A DNA stretch of 64,000 nt, from assembly GCF_015493435.1 (NCBI RefSeq), contig NZ_WGDD01000032.1:26-64025 (forward strand). Reading direction: 5' to 3'. The notes beneath the pieces are model-generated. The model was not told the origin of the DNA and did no database searches. It saw nothing but the letters and a program-made list of their open reading frames with translations. Positions 1 through 9,416 of this stretch are shown here, in pieces; the first letter of the stretch is position 1; every line of letters starts with the position of its first letter. A program made the translations under genes and the position numbers. The DNA comes from Sulfurovum sp. GTDB lineage: Bacteria; Campylobacterota; Campylobacteria; Campylobacterales; Sulfurovaceae.

Positions 1-177
1 GGCATTCTGTGCCCCTACAGTAATATTTCCTGTATGCGCAGTCAATGCTGTTGCAGGAGGAAAAACCAAAACACGGTCCCCGCTGTGCATTTTGGACAAT
101 TTTGCCTCGAGTGTTTTCAGATAGGCTTGTGTGCTTGCCCGGGTATGGTTCATTTTGAAATTGGCTGCATAAATCAT
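1..177 (-). CDS. tpiA: Triosephosphate isomerase, N-terminal part (runs off the window start)
   Basis: Manual translation [17 protein letters not shown]...VFPPATAL...VGAQNA carries the TIM motifs ANFKM and GAQN; its ATG overlaps the pgk TGA stop. Confidence 0.93.
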   Translation of the reverse strand, partial: MIYAANFKMNHTRASTQAYLKTLEAKLSKMHSGDRVLVFPPATALTAHTGNITVGAQNA

Positions 178-1370
178 TTTTCCAATGCCTCTATCCCGGG
201 AAGTTTCACACCTTCAATGAGTTTCAGGCTTGCACCGCCGCCGGTACTGACAAATGTCATTTCATCCACATCACCTGCACGCTGTGCTACATCGGCAGTA
301 TCACCTCCTCCTACTATGGTCGTTGCATGTGTCTCCGCTATATGGTGTGACATCATGAGACTTCCTTTGGAGAACTTGTCCATTTCATACACCCCCATCG
401 GACCGTTCCAGATGATCGTCTGCGCATCATTGAGTACTTCCCTGAAAAGCCGTGAAGAAGCAGGACCGGTATCGAGCCCCATCCAGTCATGCGGGATCTC
501 CTGGGAAGGCAGATACTTGACTGCTGTATTTTCAGAAAATTCCGGAGCCACGACAAAATCGACCGGCAGGTAGAATTTTACCCCCAGGGAATGTGCTTTC
601 TCCATAATATCTCTTGCTTCATCGATCAAATCATCTTCAACAAGTGATTTACCGATTTCATAGCCCTGTGCTTTTAGAAAAGTAAAAGCCATACCTCCAC
701 CGATGATCACTTTGTCAACTTTGTTCAGCAGGTTATTCAGCGCCTGAAGTTTTCCGGAAACTTTTGATCCTCCGACCACTGCAATGAAAGGCCTGATAGG
801 ATCTTCAAGTACTTTACTGAAAAAGTTCACTTCCTTGCTCAAAAGGAAACCGGCTGCTTTGTGCTCTTTGTCAAACTGCATCGCAATAGCGTAAATGGAC
901 GCATGCTTTCTGTGGCAGGCACCGAAAGCATCATTAATGTACACATCAGCAAACGATGCAAGCTCTTTGGCAAAGGTTTCATCATTGGCTGTTTCCCCTG
1001 CTTCATAACGGAGGTTTTCAAGCATCAAAATATCTCCAGGCTGAAGTTTTGATGCTTTTTCTTTGGCGTCCGGACCGACAACATCATTTGCCATATAGAG
1101 TTCGTTTTTGATCTTCAAAAGCGTATGCAGTCTTTTGGCTATGGGGCGGAGAGAATATTTTTCCTCATACTTCCCCGGTTCCGGCCGCTCATAATGGGAA
1201 GCCAGAATGATCCTGCATTCTCTGTCAATACAGTAGCGGATCGTATGCAGCGCAGCACGGATACGTCTGTCATCCGTAATATTTCCAAATTCATCTTTTG
1301 GAACATTGAAGTCACAGCGTATAAATACTCTTTTCCCATCGATATCGATATCTTTGATCGTTCTTAGCAT
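174..1370 (-). CDS. pgk: Phosphoglycerate kinase
   Basis: Motifs [38 protein letters not shown]; start moved to MLRTIK, which follows a GGAGG RBS. Confidence 0.98.
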   Translation of the reverse strand: MLRTIKDIDIDGKRVFIRCDFNVPKDEFGNITDDRRIRAALHTIRYCIDRECRIILASHYERPEPGKYEEKYSLRPIAKRLHTLLKIKNELYMANDVVGPDAKEKASKLQPGDILMLENLRYEAGETANDETFAKELASFADVYINDAFGACHRKHASIYAIAMQFDKEHKAAGFLLSKEVNFFSKVLEDPIRPFIAVVGGSKVSGKLQALNNLLNKVDKVIIGGGMAFTFLKAQGYEIGKSLVEDDLIDEARDIMEKAHSLGVKFYLPVDFVVAPEFSENTAVKYLPSQEIPHDWMGLDTGPASSRLFREVLNDAQTIIWNGPMGVYEMDKFSKGSLMMSHHIAETHATTIVGGGDTADVAQRAGDVDEMTFVSTGGGASLKLIEGVKLPGIEALEK

Positions 1371-1384
1371 AAATCCTCCAAATG

Positions 1385-2380
1385 TTATTTTTTGCTGATA
1401 TGTACAGCCATATCTACAAGCCGGCAGGAGTATCCCCACTCATTGTCGTACCAGGAAAGTACTTTGACCATATTCCCGCCGATAACTTGAATAGTATCGA
1501 TAGCAACGACACTGCTGAGCTCTTCACCCACGAAATCCTGGGAGACCCGGTATTCTTCATCGACACCGAGGATACCTTTGTGTGTTCCTTCACTGGCGAT
1601 CTTAAAAGCGGCTTTCACTTCATCAAGTATCACTTCTTCTTTCAGTATTACGGTCAAATCCACCATGGAAACATCCGGGGTCGGTACCCTGATCGCCTGG
1701 CCGTTAAGTCTGCCTTCAAGCTGCGGAAGCACTTTGGAAATGGCTTTGGCCGCCCCGGTGGTCGTCGGTACGAGATTGCTCGCGCCGGAACGTCCTTTCC
1801 TTGGATCTTTTTTATGCTTTGCATCCAGAATCGGCTGAGAGGAGGTATAGGAATGGATCGTGGTCATCAAGCCTTTTTCAATGCCAAAAGCGTCATCCAG
1901 TACTTTGGCGACCGGTGCCAGGCCATTCGTAGTACAGCTTGCATTGGAAACAATGGCCTGCCCTTCATACGCCTCTGCATTGGCACCCAGTACGAATGTT
2001 GGCGTATCATCTTTTGCCGGTGCGGAAAAAAGTACCTTTTGAATACCGTTCTCAAGGTACGGCTGAACACTCTCTGCTGTCAAAAAAGCACCGGTGCATT
2101 CCAGTACGATCTCAGCGCCGCAGCCTGCAAAGTCGATCTTTTCAAGTGCGCGTTCCGCAAAGATCTTTGCCTTGTCTTTGCCTATACAAATATACCCATC
2201 CGCTACCTTGACATCCGTTCTTGTACCGTGTACGGAGTCATACTTTAAATTGTATTCAAGCATTGCTTCCGTCCCGCTCGCATTGACTGCCACAAGCTCG
2301 ATATCTTCTCTCTGGGCAATAATCCTTGCCACACATCTCCCGATTCTTCCCAAACCGTTTATCGCTACTTTTACCGCCAT
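1385..2380 (-). CDS. gap: Type I glyceraldehyde-3-phosphate dehydrogenase, probably NADP-preferring
   Basis: INGLGRIGR, catalytic [21 protein letters not shown]; start set at MAVKVA. Confidence 0.97.
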   Translation of the reverse strand: MAVKVAINGLGRIGRCVARIIAQREDIELVAVNASGTEAMLEYNLKYDSVHGTRTDVKVADGYICIGKDKAKIFAERALEKIDFAGCGAEIVLECTGAFLTAESVQPYLENGIQKVLFSAPAKDDTPTFVLGANAEAYEGQAIVSNASCTTNGLAPVAKVLDDAFGIEKGLMTTIHSYTSSQPILDAKHKKDPRKGRSGASNLVPTTTGAAKAISKVLPQLEGRLNGQAIRVPTPDVSMVDLTVILKEEVILDEVKAAFKIASEGTHKGILGVDEEYRVSQDFVGEELSSVVAIDTIQVIGGNMVKVLSWYDNEWGYSCRLVDMAVHISKK

Positions 2381-2557
2381 ACGCATCCCTTATGCTTTTT
2401 ATGCTAAAATGCGACCAGTCGCATCAGTAATCCCAAGAATACTTTCTGCGAACGCCTGCTGCCGGAATAAACCCGGTATTAGCGTTATTTTTTTGGGTTT
2501 TACCCAAAAAATGTCACATTAAATAGTATATTATTTTACAGTAAGTGAGGTTAGCAT

Positions 2558-3127
2558 TTGGTTAATCAGTCCAAGCCGGAAGTCGCAATATTCGGAGGGA
2601 GTTTCGACCCTCCCCACCGGGGACATCAGGAAATTGTTCTCAAGGCAGTTGAACATCTGGATATCGACCGGCTTATTATCGTTCCTGCCTATTTGAACCC
2701 TTTTAAAAGTACATCCCTGGCAAGTGCACAGAAACGTCTGAAATGGTGTCATCGGCTTTTTGATGACATTCCCAAAGTAACCGTTGATGACTATGAGATC
2801 AAACAAGGCAAAAGTATACGCACTTCACAAAGTGTACAATATTTTAACCGCACCTATAAGGTAAAGTATCTCATTATCGGATCTGACAATCTGTCAACAT
2901 TGACACAATGGCATGCGTTTGACTGGCTGAACAAAACGGTCACCTGGGTGATCGCCACCAGAGAGAACCATTTTCTTGATACGGACATGCTGAACTCATG
3001 GAAACTCTTGGAAATAGACTTTCCGGTCAGTTCCTCAGCCATCAGGGAGAAAAGAGATTTACACTATATTGACAGCAAAATAAAAAAATCGGTCCAAGAG
3101 ACTATAAATGACAACAAAAAAGGATAA
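2558..3127 (+). CDS. nadD: Nicotinate-nucleotide adenylyltransferase
   Basis: FGGSFDPPHRGH (HxGH), IIGSD, SSSAIR; TTG start. Confidence 0.93.
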   Translation: MVNQSKPEVAIFGGSFDPPHRGHQEIVLKAVEHLDIDRLIIVPAYLNPFKSTSLASAQKRLKWCHRLFDDIPKVTVDDYEIKQGKSIRTSQSVQYFNRTYKVKYLIIGSDNLSTLTQWHAFDWLNKTVTWVIATRENHFLDTDMLNSWKLLEIDFPVSSSAIREKRDLHYIDSKIKKSVQETINDNKKG

Positions 3128-3135
3128 AACAAAAC

Positions 3136-3477
3136 ATGACAACAAACGACAGAATAGAACATATCGTAAAGGTACTGGATGAAAAAAAAGCGGAAGAGAT
3201 CGAAGTATTCGACCTTGGAAATACAGATTATATTGCCAAACATGTGGTAATCGCCAATTCACTGAACGGCAAACATACCGTAGCACTTTTTGAACATCTC
3301 AAAAAAGATCTCAAACCGCTTGGCGAAACATTTCTGGCAACAGATATCAGTGATGACTGGGCTGTAGCGGATCTGGGCGATATACTGATCCATATTATGA
3401 TTCCCGAGTACAGACAGCGCTATTCACTGGAAACATTCTTAAGCGAACTCGTGGAAAATCAAAAAAAAGAACAGTAG
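3136..3477 (+). CDS. rsfS: Ribosome silencing factor
   Basis: LDEKKAEEI..., WAVADLGDILIHIM, R..YSLE pattern; standard position after nadD. Confidence 0.92.
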   Translation: MTTNDRIEHIVKVLDEKKAEEIEVFDLGNTDYIAKHVVIANSLNGKHTVALFEHLKKDLKPLGETFLATDISDDWAVADLGDILIHIMIPEYRQRYSLETFLSELVENQKKEQ

Positions 3478-3486
3478 GCAGGACGC

Positions 3487-3822
3487 TTAAAAAGCAAACA
3501 CATCCTCGTACCGTGATCCCTCAAGCAAAGAAAGTGCAATGAAGAGCGCAAGGGTGACTGCCGGTGAAAAAATCACCCACCAGTAATATTTGCCTCTGAA
3601 CAGATAATACAGCAGCCCACCCCACGCAAAGACCACCAATATGACATGCGCCAAAAAAAGAGGAATGATCTGCCGGGTAATATTGCCCATAATCCCAAAA
3701 GAAATGAGCAACACAAATGTACCCAGTGCTATCAAAAGTTTTTTCAGATCCCTGTTGCGGTAATAAAGAAAAAAGATGAGCCCAAATGTTGCAAGGATAC
3801 CCACTACTATCAGTGCCTTCAT
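3487..3822 (-). CDS. Hypothetical small multi-pass membrane protein
   Basis: About four hydrophobic segments in 111 aa; co-oriented just downstream of argS. Confidence 0.75.
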   Translation of the reverse strand: MKALIVVGILATFGLIFFLYYRNRDLKKLLIALGTFVLLISFGIMGNITRQIIPLFLAHVILVVFAWGGLLYYLFRGKYYWWVIFSPAVTLALFIALSLLEGSRYEDVFAF

Positions 3823-3835
3823 ATCAATATCTCCT

Positions 3836-5533
3836 TTAGAGTTTATCTACCACATCAATACCGAGTATATCCAAGCCCTGCTTAATGGTTTTTGCTGTCA
3901 TATCCGCCAAAACCAGACGAGAGAGTTTCACTTCTTCATCAACGCCCTCTTTCAAAATAGGATTCTGCTCATAAAAACGCATAAACAGTGTGACCAATTC
4001 GTACAGATAGGTTGTGATCTGGTTGGGTGCAGCATCCTCCGCTGCCCGGTCAAGTACTTCTTCAAAGCGAAGCAGCATCACACCCAAACGATGCTCAAGC
4101 ACATCCGTAATGACAACACTCCCTTTGATCTCTCCTCTGTAGCGCCTGAAAATACTCTGTATGCGCGCATAGGCATACTGCATATATAACGAGGTATTGC
4201 CTTCGAATGACAACATCTTGTCCCAGTTGAAAATATAGTTCGATTCACGGTTGATGGAAAGATCGGCATACTTCACGGCACCGATACCGATGATCTTCGC
4301 CAGTCTTTCCACTTCCTCTTCAGAGTAGTCATCTTTTTCTTTAATCGCCGCCTTGGCTTTAACGACAGCCTCATCCAAAAGATCAATAAGCTTTACGGTA
4401 CCACCGTCACGCGTTTTGAACGGCTTGCCGCCTTTGTCCATCATGGTCCCGAAAGCGACATGTTCAAGTTTGACATCTTCCGGCACAAAACCGGACATTT
4501 TGGCTACTTTGAAAATTTGTCTGAAATGTTCCCCCTGCCGTGCATCCACAACATAGGAGATACGTTTTGCACCCAGGATATTGGCTCGGTACCGGAGTGC
4601 TGCAAGGTCAGTCGTTGCATAGAGGTACCCGCCATCCCCTTTCTGCACGATCACAGGAATCTCTTCATCTTCAAAGAAGACACACTGGGCCCCTTCACTC
4701 TCTTTCAGTCTGCCTTCTTCTGCAAGATCAGCAACGACTTCCGGGAGATCTTCATTATAGAAACTTTCCGCTTTGACATCCTCACGTGTCAGCCTGACAC
4801 AGAGTTTGTCATATACTTCTTCACAATGCCCCAAAGAGATATCGATGAATTTCTGCCAGAGATTCAGACAGTGTTCATCTCCGCCTTGGATCTTGACGAC
4901 ATATTCTCTTGCTTTGTCGGCAAATGCTTCATCCTCGTCAAAACGTTTCTTGGCATCTTTGTAGAACTGTTCCAAGTCTTTCAGGCTGCCCGAACCGTCT
5001 TCTCCCCTCTCTTCGAGATAGGCGATCAGCATACCAAACTGTGTTCCCCAGTCGCCAATATGGTTCTGCCTGATCACTTCATCACCCAGAAATTCCAGAA
5101 GGTTCGACAGTGTATCGCCGATAATCGTGGAACGCAAATGTCCCACATGCATTTGTTTTGCCATGTTCGGACCCGAATAATCAACGACAACTTTAATCGG
5201 AGCACTCTTTTTTGAAACTCCCAGCCTCTTGTCTTCACGTGCCTCACGACATTTTTCAGCAATGACATTGTCATTCAGCCATAAATTGATAAACCCCGGT
5301 CCTGCGATCTCCGCTTTGCTTACAATGCCGGAAAGGTCAAGGTTTTCAAGGATCCCGGAGGCGATCTCTCTGGGGTTCTTCCGCAGTTCTTTGGAGAGTG
5401 CCATGGCACCATTGAACTGATAATCACCGAATTCCGGCTTAGTCGCTTCCGAAACATTGATAGGCTGTGCATCGATACCTGTTTTTTGAAAAGCTGTTTG
5501 TATAACTTTATTGACTTCTTCTTTTAACTTCAT
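3836..5533 (-). CDS. argS: Arginine--tRNA ligase
   Basis: DYSGPNMAKQMHVGHLRS (HIGH), GDWGTQFG, KTRDG, GAVKYADL, YMQYAYARI. Confidence 0.98.
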   Translation of the reverse strand: MKLKEEVNKVIQTAFQKTGIDAQPINVSEATKPEFGDYQFNGAMALSKELRKNPREIASGILENLDLSGIVSKAEIAGPGFINLWLNDNVIAEKCREAREDKRLGVSKKSAPIKVVVDYSGPNMAKQMHVGHLRSTIIGDTLSNLLEFLGDEVIRQNHIGDWGTQFGMLIAYLEERGEDGSGSLKDLEQFYKDAKKRFDEDEAFADKAREYVVKIQGGDEHCLNLWQKFIDISLGHCEEVYDKLCVRLTREDVKAESFYNEDLPEVVADLAEEGRLKESEGAQCVFFEDEEIPVIVQKGDGGYLYATTDLAALRYRANILGAKRISYVVDARQGEHFRQIFKVAKMSGFVPEDVKLEHVAFGTMMDKGGKPFKTRDGGTVKLIDLLDEAVVKAKAAIKEKDDYSEEEVERLAKIIGIGAVKYADLSINRESNYIFNWDKMLSFEGNTSLYMQYAYARIQSIFRRYRGEIKGSVVITDVLEHRLGVMLLRFEEVLDRAAEDAAPNQITTYLYELVTLFMRFYEQNPILKEGVDEEVKLSRLVLADMTAKTIKQGLDILGIDVVDKL

Positions 5534-5710
5534 AATAACCGTTTCCGTAAATAGTGTGGGATAGTATTACTGTACCAAGTATATACCTAAATGTTTGGTA
5601 CGGTAATAGATGAATGTGTGAGGAACACATTATGTAGAATATTCTGAACACTCAACGTGCCCGGCCAAAAGGACACATGCCTCTGGCTTATTGAACGTTC
5701 AGCACTTGAT

Positions 5711-5935
5711 TTAAGCGTTCTCGCTTTTTTTCTCTTCTGCTGCCGCTTCGACTTTCGGCTCTTCTTTCTTGGCAATCTCTTTTACCTCTTCTTCGTCATC
5801 TTCTTTGATGGCTTTCTTGAAGTCTTTGATACCTTTACCCATTCCTTTTGCAAGATCTGGAATTTTTTTCGCTCCGAAAAGAAGTACAACGATCGCCAAA
5901 ACGATCAATAACTCCGGCATACTTGGCATACCCAT
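5711..5935 (-). CDS. tatA: Twin-arginine translocase TatA
   Basis: N-terminal TM helix, then [23 protein letters not shown] and a charged tail. Confidence 0.95.
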   Translation of the reverse strand: MGMPSMPELLIVLAIVVLLFGAKKIPDLAKGMGKGIKDFKKAIKEDDEEEVKEIAKKEEPKVEAAAEEKKSENA

Positions 5936-6016
5936 AATTCATCCTTTGTCTGCACTTACTATATAGTGCAATGTTAAAATTTTAATAATTATACTTAAAA
6001 ATGTTTAAGACAAGCT

Positions 6017-6640
6017 CTATCCGTCCCAAACTCCAAGCCACTGTTGTATAAATTCGGCTTCTTCTTCTTTACTCTGTTTCAGTCTGGCTGCCCTGGCAAC
6101 ACTGGTAAATTTCTGTGCTGCCTCTTCTACCGTATCGTTAATGATTGTAAAATCATATTCTCCTACTGCTTTGATCTCCTCTTTTGCATTCTCAATACGC
6201 CGCAAAATAACTTCTTCTGTATCCGTACACCGTGCCCGGAGCCTCGACTCAAGATCTTTGAGTGTCGGAGGGGTAATGAACGCTGACGTAGTAATGTCAT
6301 CCATCTTTGCACGTACCAGACGATGTCCCTGAATATCAATATCAAAGATTACCAGTTTATCCTGATCGAGTGCTTCTCTTACAGGTTTGAGTGAAGTACC
6401 GTAGTAATTTCCGTGTACCTGGGCATACTCCAGAAAATTTCCAGCCTTGATATCTTCCTCAAAACATGCTTTGCTCACAAAGAAATAGTCCACTCCGTCT
6501 TCTTCACCCGCCCTTGGTGCTCTTGTCGTTGTCGAAATAGAAAAATAATATTCGCCTATTTTATCCGAAGCCGCATTGATCACTGTACTTTTTCCCGCTC
6601 CGCTTGGTCCGGACAATACCAGTATTGCACCATTATACAT
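6017..6640 (-). CDS. gmk: Guanylate kinase
   Basis: P-loop GPSGAGKST, TTRAPR..E..GVDYFFVS, FLEYA.VHGNYYGT. Confidence 0.97.
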   Translation of the reverse strand: MYNGAILVLSGPSGAGKSTVINAASDKIGEYYFSISTTTRAPRAGEEDGVDYFFVSKACFEEDIKAGNFLEYAQVHGNYYGTSLKPVREALDQDKLVIFDIDIQGHRLVRAKMDDITTSAFITPPTLKDLESRLRARCTDTEEVILRRIENAKEEIKAVGEYDFTIINDTVEEAAQKFTSVARAARLKQSKEEEAEFIQQWLGVWDG

Positions 6641-7506
6641 CAGTTCCCACCCTTTAGTTTCAATGTTATTTTTACGTTCTTCCCCTTAAGAAGTTTCCTG
6701 ATCTTTTTAGGCTTGAGCTTGAAAAGTGCTTTCATAAACTGTTTTTGAAGCACTTCAAACTCTTTGGGATTGAAAGGCCCTGTCTCTTCTCTTTTTCTCT
6801 TTTTCTTGGACTTGCTGTCTGAATGGAGTGCCTCTACAATCTCTTTTTCATCCACGATCTCCAATCCCTCTGAGATCAGCTGTGCGGTAATAGCATCTAC
6901 CTTGCGCTGTTCAAGCACCTCTTCTGCTACCTCTTCTTCAAAAGAAGGTATTTCTTCTTCATCCATATCAAGCAGATCTTTGATCTTTTCGATCTCTCTG
7001 CTGTCAAGTATGCGGGAACTTTCCTGACCCATCTCCAAAAGATCCTCTTTTGGTACTGATTGTGCTTCTGTCTGGGGCAAAATAGAGGCAGACAGTGTTT
7101 CAGCCGGCATCGAACTTTCTGTTTCTTCTTCAGATAACGTTTCCTCTTCCAGAGGAAAGATCACAGGCTCTTCTATTTCTTTTTCCGGTTCACGCACACT
7201 ATCGACACTTTCCATCAATGTCAAAATCTGAGAAGGCAGAAACGGCTTTTTAAGCGTAATATCAAAACCGGGTACCGATGCATCGTCATACGAAAGAAAT
7301 ACCGTTCTCCCTCTCTCCCGGCTGTCTATGAATTCTTTGACACTGCCCGTATAGGAAGCGTCGTCCACAAAAAGCAGGTCATACTTATTTTCGGGTCCAA
7401 TCTCGCCGACACTCTGCACTTCATCCAATACTACATGCGCATCTCGGGTACACAGCGCAAAGAGTCTGGAAACAACAGGATTTAAATTAACAAGCAGGAT
7501 TTTCAC
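6640..7506 (-). CDS. Hypothetical acidic protein with a receiver-like N-terminus
   Basis: 288-aa ORF with GTG start, KILLV N-terminus, Glu-rich middle and Lys-rich C-terminus; stop overlaps gmk start. Confidence 0.7.
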   Translation of the reverse strand: MKILLVNLNPVVSRLFALCTRDAHVVLDEVQSVGEIGPENKYDLLFVDDASYTGSVKEFIDSRERGRTVFLSYDDASVPGFDITLKKPFLPSQILTLMESVDSVREPEKEIEEPVIFPLEEETLSEEETESSMPAETLSASILPQTEAQSVPKEDLLEMGQESSRILDSREIEKIKDLLDMDEEEIPSFEEEVAEEVLEQRKVDAITAQLISEGLEIVDEKEIVEALHSDSKSKKKRKREETGPFNPKEFEVLQKQFMKALFKLKPKKIRKLLKGKNVKITLKLKGGN

Positions 7507-7689
7507 AGCAGAGACTCCACAGAATAGTTTGTTCTTATTGTAATATAAATTTGGTTAGGCATGGTTAATTTATCGTATGTAACGAAAAACCCGTTTCATA
7601 TGGCTTAAAATAAAAAACGGAAGAGTGTGAAAGAAATGATTGCCCTTGTACCCCGAACCAAGCCGGAACGGGATAAATATTAAAATATT

Positions 7690-9045
7690 TTATGGTTCAC
7701 TCACAACAACAGGTGCTTTCCCCGTAACCCCATCAAGTGTTGCAGATACTGTTGTACTACCAGCTGCTACGCCTGTAACTTTCGAGTTTCTCTGTAAAAG
7801 ATCCATAGATGCGATACTTTGATCTTGGGACTTCCAGAAAACAGTCGTTGTTACACGTTCTTTTGTTCCATCTTTGTGGACGAGCCATGCGTTGATGCAT
7901 TGTTCTTCATCAATTGTCAATTCAAGCGGATTGCTATCATCTATGATGTCAGTTTGACTGGAAGAGCAGCCTTCCTGAATTTCAATTGTACTTGCAGTGA
8001 CATTCACTGCAACTTCTGCATGCACACCTTGCCAGTCTACATTGATGGTTGCAGTACTTGGATTTCTTCCGTGAACATTTGAATCAATTTCATCGATCAC
8101 ATACGCAACATTTCGATCACTTGAAGAATAGGAAACATATCTATTGATATCCTCTTTACTGCCATCAGAATAATGCCCGTATGCTGTGATCCATTCCTTG
8201 TCACCCTGTGGCAGATCAAATGATTTGCCAGTCACATCTCCATACGTACTTTAGATCAGTTCGATACTTGTCAGTGCAGGATCTTGTGGTAATACTGTAA
8301 CAGAAAGTTCTGCTTTTAGACCCTGATAGGCTGCTGTGATAGTAGCAGTTCCTGTATCTCTACCGTACACATATGAAGATTTCAAATAGTTAATACTGGC
8401 AATTTGCTGATCACTTGACCACCATACTGTATCTGTATTGATATACTCTCTTGATCCATCTGAATAGATACCCCATGCAGTGATATACACGTCTGTGGTA
8501 ATTGGTACATCCAATGATGTGATAGGTGTAGGGGTATCAGGACTGTATCCCTTTTCGATTTGGATTTTCGTTAAGGTTGCCGCTGTTACCGTCATAGCAT
8601 GTGTTGCCATGATACTGCTATTATTTTTAGCTGCAGCTGTGATAACTACTTTTCCTTCTGCTACTCCTCTTACATCTCCACTTGCTGTTACTGTCGCAAC
8701 AGCACTATCGGAAGAAGTCCAGTTCACTTTGTCGTTTACAGTATATCGTTTTCCATCACTCAGTGTCAGGATCGCATCTAAATGCTCTGTAACACCTATA
8801 GGAACAATACTGTTACCTTCAATGGTCAATGAATCAAAAGATGGCGGTGCAGCCAGAACATCTAACTCTGCGATGCCGGTTTTTTCTATGTCACCATCAG
8901 TATAGGTAGCTGCGATTTCCACAGTACCAACACTTTGTCCTGTTGCTGTTCCTTTTTCGTTAATGACTGCAATACTTGTGTCAGTGACATTCCATGTTGC
9001 ACTGGAAGTCACATCTTTGCTTGAGCCGTCACTATAAACACTTGT
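7690..9045 (-). pseudogene. Bacterial Ig-like (Big_2) repeat surface protein, 5'-truncated and split by an in-frame TAA
   Basis: Repeated motifs YSDG..., V.W.SSD..VA, TITA. ORFs 8251-9012 and 7690-8235 share a frame and are separated only by TAA at 8251-8253. The frame opens mid-repeat after a TAG at 9046-9048, with no signal peptide or RBS. Confidence 0.85.
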
Positions 9046-9336
9046 CTATCCGTTTTCAGAAATTTTTGAAGAAAAAACCCGATTTTATCCAAAAACTTTC
9101 AAAAAACTAAAACCATTAGGGAAAAAACCTCACAGACTTACGACCCCAGTAAGAATTAATCCTTCCACCATATCCAGACCATCCCCTCCCATTAAGTATA
9201 TTAGGAACTTTTCAGCACATTTTTGTTTCTTCTGTAACGTTAGCACCTGTCACTCTGCACTGTCCATCTCCTGATAGTGTTAAACCCACCCACATTCCAT
9301 GTAGCCGTGCTACCGCATCAAATGTAATTGACAAAA

Positions 9337-9359
9337 CATGATGCTTTCGTAGCATCATG
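9337..9359 (-). terminator. Rho-independent terminator downstream of the 539-aa lipoprotein gene
   Basis: Perfect 9-bp stem CATGATGCT/AGCATCATG with a 5-nt loop, followed by TTTTG on the minus strand. Confidence 0.75.
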
Positions 9360-9416
9360 CAGCTAAAAGAAGTGTGCTTCCCTATCCCTCATAGTTGGTC
9401 AGGTAGAAAGTACACG

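Noticed and set aside
7550-7690. attL/attR duplicate of the tRNA-Arg 3' end at the left islet border
   Set aside because: Only a weak TTGTACCCC match to TGGTACGCCC; too short and degenerate
9040-9130. IS terminal inverted repeat at the Ig-gene breakpoint (CACTTGTCTATCCG...)
   Set aside because: No convincing partner end and no transposase; I cannot assign it to an IS family
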